From the NCBI GenBank assembly GCA_002269645.1, contig NIVC01000221.1, forward strand, positions 186,001-250,000: DNA of 64,000 bases. The letters run 5' to 3'. The position numbers were made by a program, and so were the translations under genes. The stretch's first letter is position 1, and the number at the start of each line of letters is the position of its first letter. The notes beneath the pieces are model-generated. The model was not told where the DNA came from, searched no databases, and saw only the letters and a list, made by a program, of their open reading frames with translations. The stretch comes from Macrostomum lignano (Eukaryota). Of this stretch, positions 1 through 12,372 are shown one piece after another.

Positions 1-596
1 TAATCGAGCCCTAATCGAACCCGAATCGAAAACTAACCGAAACCTAATCGTACCCTAATCGGACCCTAATTGAACCATAATCGTACCCTAATCGAACCCT
101 AATCGAATCATAATCGTACCGTAATCGAAACCTAATCGTACCTTAACCGAACCCCAATCGTACCCTAATTGAACCCTAATTGCACCCTAATTGAACACTA
201 ATTGAACCCTAATTGAACCCTAATCGTACTCTGATCGAACCTAATCAAAACATTATCGAACCCTATTCGAAACCTAATCTAACCCTAATCAAAGGCTAAT
301 CAAAACATAATCGAACCCTATTCTAAACCTAATCTAACTCTAATCGGACCCTAATCGAACCCTAATCGTACCTTAATCGAACCTAAATCGAATCCTAATC
401 GAACCCTAATCGAACCCTAATCGAAACCTAATCGAAACCTAATTGAACCCTAATCGAGATCTAATCGAACCCGAATCGTACCCTAATCGAACCCTAATCA
501 AAACCTAATCGAAGCCTTTTCGAACCCTAATCGAACCCTCATCAAAACCTAATCGAAACCTATTCGAACCCTAATCAAACCCTAATCGAACTCCTA
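1..596. repeat. Degenerate 11-bp tandem repeat (consensus CCCTAATCGAA) containing the telomeric hexamer CCCTAA
   Basis: About 54 degenerate units such as ccctaatcgaa, accctaattga and acctaatcgta. It runs off the window start and stops just before the splice acceptor ctcctaccgcAG (602). Confidence 0.9.
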
Positions 597-602
597 CCGC
601 AG

Positions 603-3600
603 GAGCTGTGCCCGCAATGGCGCGATGAATGCGACCTGCTCGCCAGCTTACGGGCCAGCAACTACAATGTGGAAGACTGCATCAACACTTTCCATGCCAC
701 GCAGGGTACCTACGGGCCAGAGGTCGCGGCCGGATTTGAGGGCGCTCTGAGCCGGGAGAAGTCAATCATAATGCAGAATGAGAACTACGATGAGATGGCC
801 GCTAAACTCACCACGGCGGTTAGGGTCGCTTTTTCTATCAATAGTTGCGAAGGGCAAATGACCTGATCCGATAAAGACACTCAACTACTTCCAGCGAATC
901 AATTTACCCAAGTGACGCCTTCCCACATGAAATCTACCGACATGATATTTACCCACATAACATCTGCCCGCATTAACATATACCCACATGACACCTACCT
1001 AAATGACATCTATCCAGAGGATCTATACAGTTCACTTTTATAGAGTGGACCGTTATAGTTTAGTTTTAACGCCTGTACTTAATCATGAGCGGTGTGAGGC
1101 CGTACATCTTAGACTAGCCTAACATTGAAACTTTGACACATGTGATACATGTTGCCTTACTTTTCAGGAACGTAAGCTGGAACGGCGTGAAGTCCGAGTC
1201 AAGAAACTTGAGGAGGAGAACAACTATTTGAAGTCAAAGGTGAGCCCTACAAAAAGCTGCTTATTTTAGTAAAATTTTCTTCGAAGTTATTGCAAAATAA
1301 TTATGTAAGAATATCTTGCAACTCTCAAAAGCAGAAATACTGTTTATAAGCATACGCAACCGTTGCTTAGTAATGTCGAGGCTGAAGGATGAGTTGCTGA
1401 GATGTCATGGCTCAGTGGGGAGTTGTTGAGATGCCATGGCTCATTGGGGGGAGTTGCTGAGATGTCATAAATCAATGGGAAGTTGCTGAGATGCCATGAC
1501 TCAATAGGGGAGTTGCTGGGATGCCATGGCTCAATAGGGAAGTTGCTGGTACGCCATGGCTCAATGGGAAGTTGCTGGTACGCCATGGCTCAATGGGAAG
1601 TTGCTGAGATGTCATGGCTCAATGGAGAGTTGCTGAGATGCCATGACTCAGTGAGCCATGTGACTCAATGGGTCATGTAACTCAATGAGTCATGTAACTC
1701 AATGAGTCATGTAACTCAATGGGTCATGTAACTCAATGGGTCATGTAACTCAATGGGTCATGTAACTCAATGGGTCATGTAACTCAATGGGTCATGTAAC
1801 TCAATGGGTCATGTAACTCAATGGGTCATGTAACTCAATGGGTCATGTAACTCAATGGGTCATGTAACTCAATGGGTCATGTAACTCAATGGGTCATGTA
1901 ACTCAATGGGTCATGTAACTCAATGGGTCATGTAACTCAATGGGTCATGTAACTCAATGGGTCATGTAACTCAATGGGTAGTTCAGTAACTGTAAAGTCT
2001 GAAGACTGCGGTTTAAGCTGAGCGAGAAAAATACGTGAAGCCCAAACTGGCCAAGTTAACGATATATGTATTGGAGGTTTTAAAAGGGAACAATATCAAT
2101 AAGACGTACATAAATTATGCAACCCAAGATGCAAATCTATGATAGAATATAACTAGCTCACTCACTCAGTTAGAACAAATCGATAAACAATATTGCGAGG
2201 CAACTACGAGCGACAGTAATTACTCGTAGTAACCCACAGGAACCAAATACGTGAAAATATCAAACCTCATTCATTCACCAGATTGCCGAAGTAGAGGAGC
2301 TGCTGGCAACAACCAAGGCCGAGTGCTCTGCCACCATCGCGCAGGTGGAGGTTCTGCAGCGAGAGCGTCCCGTCACGGCGAAGTCCCGCGGCGGCAGCGG
2401 CGGCGGTGGAGCCTCGGCAGCCGCAGCAGCGGCAGTCGCGGCAGCAGCGGCAGCTCAAACGCAGGAGACAATCTCCAAGGATGAGCTGAAGAGACTCTAC
2501 GACGGAGTTAAATCGATGCACAAAGTCTACCTGCAGCTGGTCAGCGAGACTAAAACGCAGAAGGAGTTCACTAGCAAGAAGATCACCGAGCTGAAGGAGT
2601 CCATGAAGCGACTGAAGCAGTGCGGCAGCGTCACCGAAGAGCAGATTGAAGAAGTTCGAACCCTGTACCGCAGAGAGGCCCTGCAGAGGAAGCTGCTATA
2701 CAACCAGCTGCAGGAACTGCGCGGCAACATTCGCGTGTTCTGCAGGGTGCGGAATGAAACTTCGGCCAAGATGAGCCTGGCTACGCCCAACGACCAGGAC
2801 GTTGTCACGGTTGGCGGCAATGACAAGAAGATGTTCCAGTTCGACAGGGCATTCGGCGTCAACTCCACACAGGATGAGGTAGAGTGTATTTTTTGCTTGA
2901 CCGGCAAAGTACATGTCAAAATGTTGAACAAAGAGCACGGCTTAGAACCTAGGACTTTTAACAAAAAATCCGTAAGCATTTTATATCCGATTGAATGCAG
3001 GGGGCTGGGCTGTGTGCATTCTTGCAAACTTGAAGCGACATTGTCACACAACCGGCAAGAGGTTTTATACACTCATAGGAGTTTACATGTACGAGCAGAG
3101 CCAAGCTAAGATTCCAATTCAGCCCCCAAATTAATGTGACTGCACTTGGAATCGAGCCTGAGCCGCTGGCACATTAGAGCGCCGCGCTGGACCACTGGGC
3201 TACGGCCCCACTTGAAAGCTGCAAATGGTGCACACTTTTTATCACGTACTGTACATGTAACCCAATAAATAGTGACTATTCGTCCGGTTAGTCATAAAAC
3301 AAGAAATTTCTAAATGGTTCAAGTTCATGATGGTTCAGGACTTAAAATTTCATATACAGTTTTTGTTAAAAACTATATGAAAAGCTAAGAAAAATTTTGC
3401 GTTAAAAAACTAGCCTATAAACAAAAGGCTTCCACGGATTTAGGCTTTATTGTTTGACAAATTGACGTCATTTATAGCAGTGGAAAGACGACAAGGCACC
3501 ATAGTCAACTCTAAATCAACTAAACTGACCCAATTGGGCGCCTGCAGGTGTACTCGGTGGTCAGCCCCATCATTACATCGTGCGCCGACGGCTACAACGT

Positions 3601-6600
3601 GAGCATCATGGCTTACGGGCAGACGGGCAGCGGCAAGACTTACACCATGCTGGGCCCGTCGCCCAATCCGTTTAGCAACCCCGGCGTCAACGTTCGCGCC
3701 ATCCAGGAGCTGTTCCGACTGTGCGCGGAGAGGAAGGACACCACAGACTACACCATGCACATATCCATGGTAGAGATCTATAACGAGTGCATCCAGGATC
3801 TGCTCAGAAAGGATGTAAAACAAGTGGACCTGCGCAGTACCGGAACGAAGGTCACGCTGGTAGACATCACCGAGCAGCCTATTGGAAAAGAGAAGGACAT
3901 CCTGGATGCGTTGGACCAGGGCACCTCCAATAGAAAGGTTGCCGCCACCAAGATGAACTCGCAGAGGTGAGCGGTTGTTGAGAATAATTTCACTACGTAT
4001 TTTTATTCACATCTGGAAGCGTGCTTCAGTATTGACAAGCTACCAGTGGTTTTTGGCACCAAATATCTATGCATTATAAACTGCTTTCTGAACTGCCAAA
4101 TCAACATTTAAGTAATAAAAAAAGTGCAGTTAGTGTAGTGTTATTTATACCCTCTTAAACTTGAAAAATATTTAAATCAATGTCAAATTATTGTTTGATT
4201 TGAAATCCAGTGTTGGGCAAAGTTCCGGCACTTCCGGCACTTTACTTCCGGCAGTCTTACGCATTGGTCCATCTATCAAATTCCAGCCAGAATTTGTTGT
4301 CCGGTATCTTTTTTGTTAACTGTTAACTGGCATTTCTAAGGCTCCTAGAGTATTATTATTGATTCTAAATGAGTCAGCAGTACAAAAGTATAATTACACT
4401 ACTGTAAAAGTACAATACTATACAAGCACAATACTATATATAAGTAGGGCGACAAGAGAATGCCCCCACAAACTGAGTCGCCTGAAGTATCCTACACTGA
4501 TCATTGTGAGGCATATATTGGACAAAAATTATCTCCATACATATTTCTGAAAAGTCAGAATCAATATTTGAAAATCAGCCTCCAATTTTTTATGCGAATC
4601 GTCCTGGTGTACAGTTAATTTTTGTTTTTTAAAGGTGTTATTTATTCATTCAAATTTTGGACGCGATAATAACAAAAAACATTATGTAGCATATTTATTT
4701 GAGAAATAACATCATGTTAGGTACTTTTTATGTTTAAGTACTTTTTAATTGGCAGTTCTTTAAAATTAGAAAGGACCGGTAACGGAAGTACCGGAAGTTA
4801 CTTTTCTTTAAAAGTACCGGTACCGGAACAAGTGCCGGAAGCTAAGTTACTTTCCTTGGAACCGGAAGTTACTTAACGGAAGTTACTTTTTCAAAGTAAC
4901 TTGCCCAACACTGTTGAAATCCGGGAGTTCAGATGGTTGGACAGTCGATTTAGTGCCAAAGACGACTTAAAAATCAAAGTCAGCTATCCTTGTGTCCTAA
5001 AATACATTTTACCCATTTTAACTTAACCACTGCCTTCGACCTCACTAAAATTTCATATTCACGTTCACAGCGCATTTGCAATTGCTCACTATAATCACGA
5101 TATCCGACACAGACAACGAACCGCACATTCTTAACCTTCGAGCCCTGCATATTAATTATCCCTGGTAATATTTTTATGGCATAATCTTCCTACAATAGAA
5201 GTTGGCTACTCTTTGCAAAGAGGATCTTTTGGTGTGTTTTAGAAAAAATATAATCAACTTATACGGTATTAATATGTCGAATTTTAAAAGAAGTTTTGCT
5301 TTTTGTTCTATCGTCCTGTTCACAAGTCTCCACACTATTTGCAGTTTCACTCGCATCAACTTGTGTGTCATCAGCAACATTCGTACAGGTTATTATCGTT
5401 ATATGATACTTCATGCACAACGTGAAGAGTAACATAGAGTAACATCGGGCATATGTTCTGACTGCTTAAAAATACTTAACTTTTAATTCTTAAAAATTAT
5501 CCCTATGTTACTCTAGCATCCAAAAACCAGTTGGGACCGAAAACAAGTTATTATTGGCCCATAGGGCTAGGCAATTCTGAGGCCAAAACTCAGTGAGCTC
5601 AAATGGAGTTTTTTGAGAGTTGCAGAGATGCAGTGGCTCAAGGGGGAGTTGCTGAGATGTCAAGGCTCAATGGGGAGTTGCTGAGATGCCATAGCTCATT
5701 GGGGGAGTTGCTGAAATGCCATAGCTCATTGGGGGAGTTGCTGAGATGCCATAGCTCATTGGGGGAGTTGCTGAGATGCCATGACTCATTGGGGGAGTTG
5801 CTGAGACGCCTAAGGCTCCATGGGTGATTGTTGATATCATAAACTAGAAACCTTGAAATCAGGCTTGGGGCAAATGGTTTTCTGTTTTAAACATTGGTAT
5901 CTTCAAGATGCCAATACGAGTAACAATGACTATCAAAGTTTTTTACAGTGTAGTTTCTTTTTTAATATTTATTATTCCTTCGTTTGTTGCCTCCTCAAAA
6001 GGTGGCTGAGATTGCTCGCATTTCTGTAACTGCGGGTTTAAAACTTTCCTAGAATTTCTTAAAGCCAACTTATAAAGACGGATTTGGTCAGCGCGTTAAT
6101 TACTATGCACCTTAGACAGTAAAAACATTTTGGCAACACGCAATTGCACAATTTTGCACACATCATTGTTGCACTGACAGCAAGCCCAGTCTATGCTTAC
6201 TCATTTCTAGTCTTTGTAAATTTGTTTGTAAGAGTATTGGTTACGGAGAGAATGTCAATCATAAAGTATTATTGATTTAAACGTATGTTTTGTGAATTTT
6301 TACCAGTTTCCTTATGATTCGTGCATGTTGTAAGCATCTTTGATTGAAGTATATTAGGATGCAGAATAAAGCCTAAAGAACTAAATTTAAAGTTACAGGT
6401 GATGTATAGATTAGCGACTCAGGCTCATGATAATTTATTTAATTTAAAATGAGTTTCATTCCACCTCCACACCGCCAGCTCCCGCTCTCACCTGGTGCTC
6501 ATTCTGACGGTCATCGGCAAGGACCTGGTCACCGGGACTCGAACCAAGGGCACGCTGACCCTGTGCGACCTGGCCGGATCCGAGCGAGTCGGTAAGACTG

Positions 6601-7612
6601 GCGCCACAGGCGAGCAACTGGCCGAAGCTGCCTTCATCAACAAGTCGCTCACCTCACTGGGCCAGGTGTTCGCGGCTCTGCGCGACAATCAGCTGCACGT
6701 GCCGTACAGGAACAGCAAACTGACGCACCTGCTCATGCCCAGCCTGGGTGGAGACGCCAAGGTAACAGAATTTTACAGTTTACTACTGATCAAGCAATGT
6801 AGCCAGTATGCTCAAAATATTGAAAAGCTACTCACTAAAATACCACAAAGGACAGGAGGGTTGTGCTTTTGTTCCATAAAAATTCGATTAAAGCTCCTGC
6901 TCAAATATTAATAGTAAAGTCCATCAGACGAGGTTGGGGAGTTTCGCTCTGGGGAAGTAAACGAATTTAAAGCGACATTATTGTCGCACAACCCATTCCG
7001 CCGACTCCCCTGAGCAGGCATACAAGCGCAGGCACACACTCACACAGGAGTGTACAGCGGCCCTAACTTATTTATCGTTAGGCATGTACACTTCATTGTG
7101 CCTTGGGGGGTTGGCCCTCAAGGGCGTTCATTATACGAGCAGAGCCAAGCCGAGATTCCAATTCAGCCCCAAATAAATGTGACTGCACTTGGAACCGAGC
7201 CTTGGCTGCTGGCTCATAGTAGCACCGCGCTAGACCGCTAGGATACGGCACCTTGCGCCAGGGAATTAAACTAGTAAGAATTTCAGAAATAGGAGCTTTC
7301 GAGCTTTGAAGCTTCGAGATTGTGAAACGCCTCACAAAAAGGGTGCGCTCTGCAGTGACAGCTGAAGCAGTAGTCGCTCTGTGGTCAGTGCAAAATGCAC
7401 CGATCCAGAATGTCTAATTGCAGCCATTGAAAATCATCTACTTATCTAACCAAATAAACTCGAACTCTCGCAATTCCCCCTAGGCCTGTCTATTCGTGAA
7501 CGTCAGCCCGAACGAGTCGAACCTGCAGGAGACGCTGAGCACTTTACTGTTCGGAGTGAACGCTCGCCAGGTGGCTCTCGGCCAGGCTAAGAAAAATGTC
7601 GCGAAAAAGTGA
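603..7612 (+). CDS. Kinesin-14 family (KIFC3-like) C-terminal motor protein, 5'-partial; exons 603-818, 1168-1239, 2282-2878, 3548-3966, 6479-6761, 7484-7612 (571 aa visible)
   Basis: All introns are GT-AG with consistent phases (0,0,0,2,0). Kinesin-14 neck [23 protein letters not shown]-loop GQTGSGKT, switch I NSQSSRSH (split by an intron), switch [21 protein letters not shown], stop TGA 7610-7612. Coiled coil lies N-terminal to the motor. The first two exons are assigned by splice sites and phase only. Confidence 0.92.
1385..1660. repeat. Intronic ~30-bp minisatellite (GGGGAGTTGCTGAGATGCCATGGCTCAAT type)
   Basis: About 9 degenerate units of 29-30 bp. The same family recurs at 5600-5825. 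Confidence 0.85.
1663..1978. repeat. Intronic 17-bp tandem repeat ACTCAATGGGTCATGTA (~18.5 copies)
   Basis: Near-perfect 17-bp period, directly abutting the 30-bp array and sharing its CTCAATGGG and CATG words. Confidence 0.95.
3090..3209 (-). mobile_element. tRNA-derived SINE head, copy 1
   Basis: Minus strand reads ggggccgtagcccagtggtccagcgcggcg...ggctcgattccaag, with A-box and B-box-like motifs. Aligns over ~120 bp with 7134-7252. Confidence 0.7.
4208..4913. mobile_element. hAT-type MITE (706 bp) in kinesin intron
   Basis: Perfect 13-bp TIR CAGTGTTGGGCAA / TTGCCCAACACTG, 8-bp TSD TTGAAATC (4200-4207 and 4914-4921), clustered subterminal CCGGAAGT/ACTTCCGG motifs, no coding capacity. Confidence 0.9.
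5600..5825. repeat. Intronic 30-bp minisatellite (GGGGGAGTTGCTGAGATGCCATAGCTCATT)
   Basis: About 7 units, same family as 1385-1660. The [13 protein letters not shown] is a by-product of the repeat. Confidence 0.9.
7134..7252 (-). mobile_element. tRNA-derived SINE head, copy 2
   Basis: Minus strand reads ggtgccgtatcctagcggtctagcgcggtg...ggctcggttccaag. Homologous to 3090-3209. Confidence 0.7.
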
Positions 7613-8462
7613 CTGCCGACTTGCAGCAATGCTTAATGCCTCAGCAACAAGTAGTTTATTCGGATATCTTATTGCTTCCTGAATTTACCTTTACTCACAC
7701 TGTGCGTGTTCTCCGATTTTTCTCTGGAGTTTCTAGACTTTAGTCGACACTTGTGTGTATAGCTTGTTCCGGGTTTATTTACTTTTTTGTGTTCAATTGT
7801 GCCGTTGGCGTCCCGGCGTGAACAATGCCGACACAAGGTTTGGCCTCCCTTTGCTCAGCATGGATTTCGCTACGTTCAAAACACGCTTCGCTACCAAAGG
7901 AAGCTGCAATTTGACTCTTTGTTATCTACAATTATGTGTCCTGTGTACTAATCCGTAATCAGAGCGGTCAATCGGTTTTACTTCTATTTTTTTCTGAGCG
8001 TTATAGTGTCCGCCCGCTTAAACGTAGTTTTGCAACGCTTTTTACACCTGTAGGTAGCAGAAATATTGCTGCTCAAGGTAGCAAGTAGCAAGTGACTAGC
8101 TACCTATGCATTGTTCTCTTTAACATGACACCCAAACTTTTAAGTGGCTCCACTCTCCGTCCTCTGTCCTGTTCGTGCTAATACTAATTATTGTACACAA
8201 CTTTTTGCTATACTCAGATGTCAGACTAATTTTTTAGCAAACTTGTTTTTTGACAATTTACTTTTTACCCTTTTACTTAGTTGAGACTATTGGTAGAACT
8301 ATTTTGGATAATTGATTTTTATTTAAATAACTCTAGTAGGACTTTCTTTGGCAGTGTTACAAGCACCAGTGCACCGTCAACGCAACACACGATATTTTCA
8401 ACCGTAGTAACCAGAATATTTTCAACTATCGGATAGATAGTAGTATACACTGTACAGTATAA

Positions 8463-8649
8463 ACTCAGCAACATTGAAAAGTCGCCACCCTTTGCCCCAG
8501 TGAGCAGTGTCTTTCCACCAGCCTCTATATCACCTGGCCAACCGTTGTGATATTAAAAAAAGCTTGAAAAAACAATGAAAACCGGGCGGAAGCTGAGCTA
8601 AAATTTACTGCTCACTCTTAAAGGTGGCGACTTTCTAATGTTGTTGAGT
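8463..8649. repeat. Small inverted-repeat element (MITE-like)
   Basis: actcagcaacattgaaaagtcgccacc (from 8463) pairs imperfectly with ggtggcgactttctaatgttgttgagt (ending 8649). No clear TSD. Confidence 0.55.
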
Positions 8650-9111
8650 ACAGACATGAATTTACTTACGATTGCATGTTATTAATGATAGATACTGAAA
8701 ACCTCCAACAGGAGTTACATTTTTTTGTCCGATAAATATTGATTGTGCACATTATTTTCAAAGAATTAGACAGATAGTAAACACTTAAGCTATATGCTTT
8801 CCTTTATGCTTTTTTCAGTGTCTTAAAAATTAGTGTTATTAATTATTTTCTTCTTTGAACAGACGTCTTTATTCTGGTCGTCAACATTCAATAACAGAAT
8901 TCATCGCTGCAACTGTAGCTATTCCGGGTTTAAATGTATTTTTAGAAAACTAATCGAACGCGCAGCGATATAAATGATCCAAAATAAAGATTATCCTGTT
9001 TATGGGTCAAAAATATACGCTCGTAAAATCATGGCTTTTTCCTGGGCGGATTTCAAATTTCTGCTGGGATTGACTGTGTCTCTATCTGCAGGCCCTCGGT
9101 TCTTTGAAACT

Positions 9112-10025
9112 TCTCTCCTCTCTCCTCTCTCCTCTCTCCTCTCTCCTCTCTCCTCTCTCCTCTCTCCTCTCTCCTCTCTCCTCTCTCCACTTTCCACTTT
9201 CCTCTCTCCTCTCTCCTCTCTCCTCTCTCCTCTCTCCTCTCTCCTCTCTCCACTTTCCACTTTCCTCTCTCCTCTCTCCTCTCTCCTCTCTCCTCTCTCC
9301 TCTCTCCTCTCTCCTCTCTCCTCTCCTCCCTCTCTCCTCTCCTCCCTCTCTCCTCTCCTCCCTCTCTCCTCTCCTCCCTCTCTCCTCTCCTCCCTCTCTC
9401 CTCTCCTCCCTCTCTCCTTTCCTCCCTCTCTCCTTTCCTCCCTCTCTCCTTTCCTCCCTCTCTCCTTTCCTCCCTCTCTCCTTTCCTCCCTCTCTCCTTT
9501 CCTCCCTCTCTCCCCTCGTTCCTCTCTCCTCTCCTCCCTCTCTCCTCTCCTCCCTCTCTCCTCTCCTCCCTCTCTCCTTTCCTCCCTCTCTCCTTTCCTC
9601 CCTCTCTCCTTTCCTCCCTCTCTCCTTTCCTCCCTCTCTCCTTTCCTCCCTCTCTCCTTTCCTCCCTCTCTCCTTTCCTCCCTCTCTCCTTTCCTCCCTC
9701 TCTCCTTTCCTCCCTCTCTCCTTTCCTCCCTCTCTCCTCTCCTCCCTCTCTCCTCTCCTCCCTCTCTCCTCTCCTCCCTCTCTCCCCTCGTCCCTCTCTC
9801 CTCTCCTCCCTCTTTCCTTTTTTCATTCTCATCCGGCTCATCTCTCTTCTCTCTTCTCTATTTGCCTTTCCTCCCTCCTCTATTCTCTCTTCTCTCTGCC
9901 CTCCTTTCTTCTCTTTTCTTTCTCATCTCTTCTCTCTTGTCTCTCCTCTCTCATTTTTATTTCTCCTCTCTCCTCTCTTCCCACTTAACTCTTCTTTCTT
10001 TTTTTTCTCCTCGCCTCTCTCTTCA
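9112..10025. repeat. Polypyrimidine (CT-rich) compound micro/minisatellite
   Basis: About 900 bp almost exclusively C/T, with 7-bp ctctcct units followed by 17-bp ctccctctctcctttc-type units. Confidence 0.95.
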
Positions 10026-10844
10026 TTCAACTCGACCGCAACCATGAGCTGCATTTTTACCTGGCTTTTGAGGTAAGAATTAGGTTTGTTGACCTCAGCG
10101 GTAGATGATACTCAATTTAAATTTGAAAACTTAATCAATATTAGGAAAACATTCAATAAGCATCAGCCAGATTTGTATCATTTTATTTCAATACAAACGC
10201 TTTTAGGTTGCCAGTCGCTTAAATATTGTACAGAAATCTACAATACAAAAATATGGGCAATAAACGCTAATTTTTAAGTTACTGGATCAACAGCATATTA
10301 CTCCAATAAGCTTATGTTTTACTACTCAAAGTCACTCATTATGCAACAGAACTTTATAGTGTTCGAGCCTATTGAGAAAGTCGACTTGGGAGCCAAAGCC
10401 ATCAGAAGCTAAAGAAGGAACAGCATTAACATTGTACATTTTCGATGCAAGCAAGTTATGTTTGTGTGACGAACAACAACTTTTTGGAAAGCAGAGTTCC
10501 TCTCTCTGCGTTCAGGAGTCCGAGGAATGGACAGAATTGTCTCGACCACTGTTTGTGGGACGATTTTGCCGAAGGCGTAGCTCCCGAGTGTTCAAAATCC
10601 TCCAGCAATTACAATTATTACATAATCCCCTGTTAAAATGCTATTGGACAAAAGACAACACTTTGGCTTCATTTTATACTTACAGTAGGGCTGTTACTAC
10701 TGAAAGTAGCTATCCAGTAGGTAGCATTTTAATTGCTCTAAGCTTGTCGAAAAAGACTTGCAAAGACTCTCTCCCTGCTAAAAAACATTATAAAAGAGTT
10801 GGAAGTTGCATCGGAAGCAGAATTTATTGCAAGGAATCTTAAAA

Positions 10845-11033
10845 ATGCGCTCAGAACAGTCAATAATTGCACTGGTCACGGCCTGCATTTTGTTGGCATG
10901 CAGCGTCGCTGGCAGATTGATCCGAATTTCCTACATTGGCTGCTATCATGATGGAAATACCGAACGAGACTTTGATGAGTTCAAAAAAGTTAGCAAGCTT
11001 GTTAGATATTTGCGTCTTATATTTCCGTTTTAA
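10845..11033 (+). pseudogene. Truncated secreted WSC-domain gene (signal peptide + first WSC strand only)
   Basis: MRSEQSIIALVTACILLACSVAGRLIRISYIGCYHDGNTERDF matches the start of the 62833 copy (AGRVIEFSYVGCF). The remaining WSC cysteines are absent. Confidence 0.65.
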
Positions 11034-12272
11034 TCCAACGCTTAATCTTTGTGGGGAGGAGTGTGTTGACTTGGCTGGGTTGATTTCAGTGTTTATTACT
11101 TTATTCAGTGTTTGAGGGTGGTGTTTTTACCTGTTTCGCTGTGTGCGCCTTTCTAAAATGTCTTGATGTACGCTCCTAATCATGTACGTTCTTCATTCTG
11201 GCCACTAATTGTCCTCCATCCCTAAGACTCATCCTCATCCAGCTCAACATGTACAACATAAATCGCCGTCGTTTGCCCCGTATCAAGCGTATATCGTTCT
11301 ACAATCGAAAGTGAAGTCTTTACAGTTATAATATGGCTAGTAGCAATCTAATTTTTCAAAGTTTATGGAAGAAATATTTCGAAGTGGAACTATTTTTTGT
11401 AGATTATGCTGAACAAACAAAATTAAACATCGAATTGCATCTGTAACATATCCTAACTGACAGCTAAAAATCTTTGCAATCTTTGCATTCTAGCTGTTAG
11501 TTCCTCGATATGAAGCTGATGGCTATCAAATAATTACAAATTCTTCATCAACTCAAGTTTGACTGACGAGCAAAGCTTGAGGTCCAAATCTCTACAAGCA
11601 TTGCTGTTGAACATGTCAATTAAACGAAAGCCAATCATCTTATTTAAACAAGATAAGAGGATGAAATTGATCAACTGATGTGCAAGCGTTTAAGCCCAGC
11701 AGCCATGAAGAAAACCACAGAATTATAACTTATTTGCTCACCCAAGCATTATTTAGCCCGGCTCTCTTAAACAGTCTCTTGAGTTGTTTACAGTCGGTTT
11801 GAATTAACCAATCACACCCATGGAATCACACCAATCACACTCTATTATCACACCCCATTAGCAAAGGAGACGAACAGCAGGCAGGCAAATGTCTATGACC
11901 GAAGCAGCGCGAGAGGTCGGGAAAGCGACCCCGTGTAAACGATAAGTTTATTTGGCAAAAAAAACAAGATTAAAAGAATAAAAGGAGTTTTGAAAAATTT
12001 GAACTGCAAAGTCAGAGCGAACGACGTGGCACAGAGGGCGGCGCACAGATAAATAAGCGGGTGAGCAAAACATCCGCCCCAAGGAGGGGTGGAGAGGACA
12101 GTGCACAAACAAAGGAGCCCTAAGAGAAATGGAGGCATTAATCCTAAAAAAACTCTTGCCGGAGATTAGCCGGATATTTCTCTTCTTTCTAATCAAAAGT
12201 AGACGATCTCTAATGCCCATGAAGATGAAATCTTAGGCCAATGGATTCACGACATTTTTGGGCGATTCTTCC

Positions 12273-12305
12273 ATTGGCTTCTTCCAGCAAATATATTGCT
12301 TAAAT
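12273..12305 (+). promoter_or_regulatory. Conserved proximal block (inverted CCAAT + TATA-like) shared by WSC-PAN paralogs 1-4
   Basis: cattggcttcttcca(gc/ta)aaatatattg occurs ~70-100 bp upstream of the ATG near 12273, 19002, 22486 and 54447. Function is inferred from position and conservation only. Confidence 0.45.
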
Positions 12306-12372
12306 TTGTTACCTGAATCAGAAGAAGCGTCTCAGAAACCGCGGTTCGGCCGCTCTCTGGGATTTTTTCCCA

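Noticed and set aside
2345-3109. ORF-track proteins taken as complete genes (2345-3109, 6495-6911, 12373-12858 and similar)
   Set aside because: They run past splice donors into introns. Spliced models are given instead.
3090-3209. Functional tRNA genes (also 7134-7252 and 40349-40430)
   Set aside because: A/B boxes are present but there is no complete cloverleaf, and they continue into repeat bodies, so they are SINE heads.
5426-5514. 12-bp inverted repeat AGAGTAACATAG
   Set aside because: Too short, with no TSD or second copy to support an element.
8974-10047. Long Leu/Ser/Pro and Glu/Arg/Gly ORFs on both strands
   Set aside because: Stop-free translation of a CT microsatellite; no domain content.
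11880-12200. GC-richer block upstream of paralog 1, possibly a retroelement end
   Set aside because: No second copy, ORF or terminal signature in the window.
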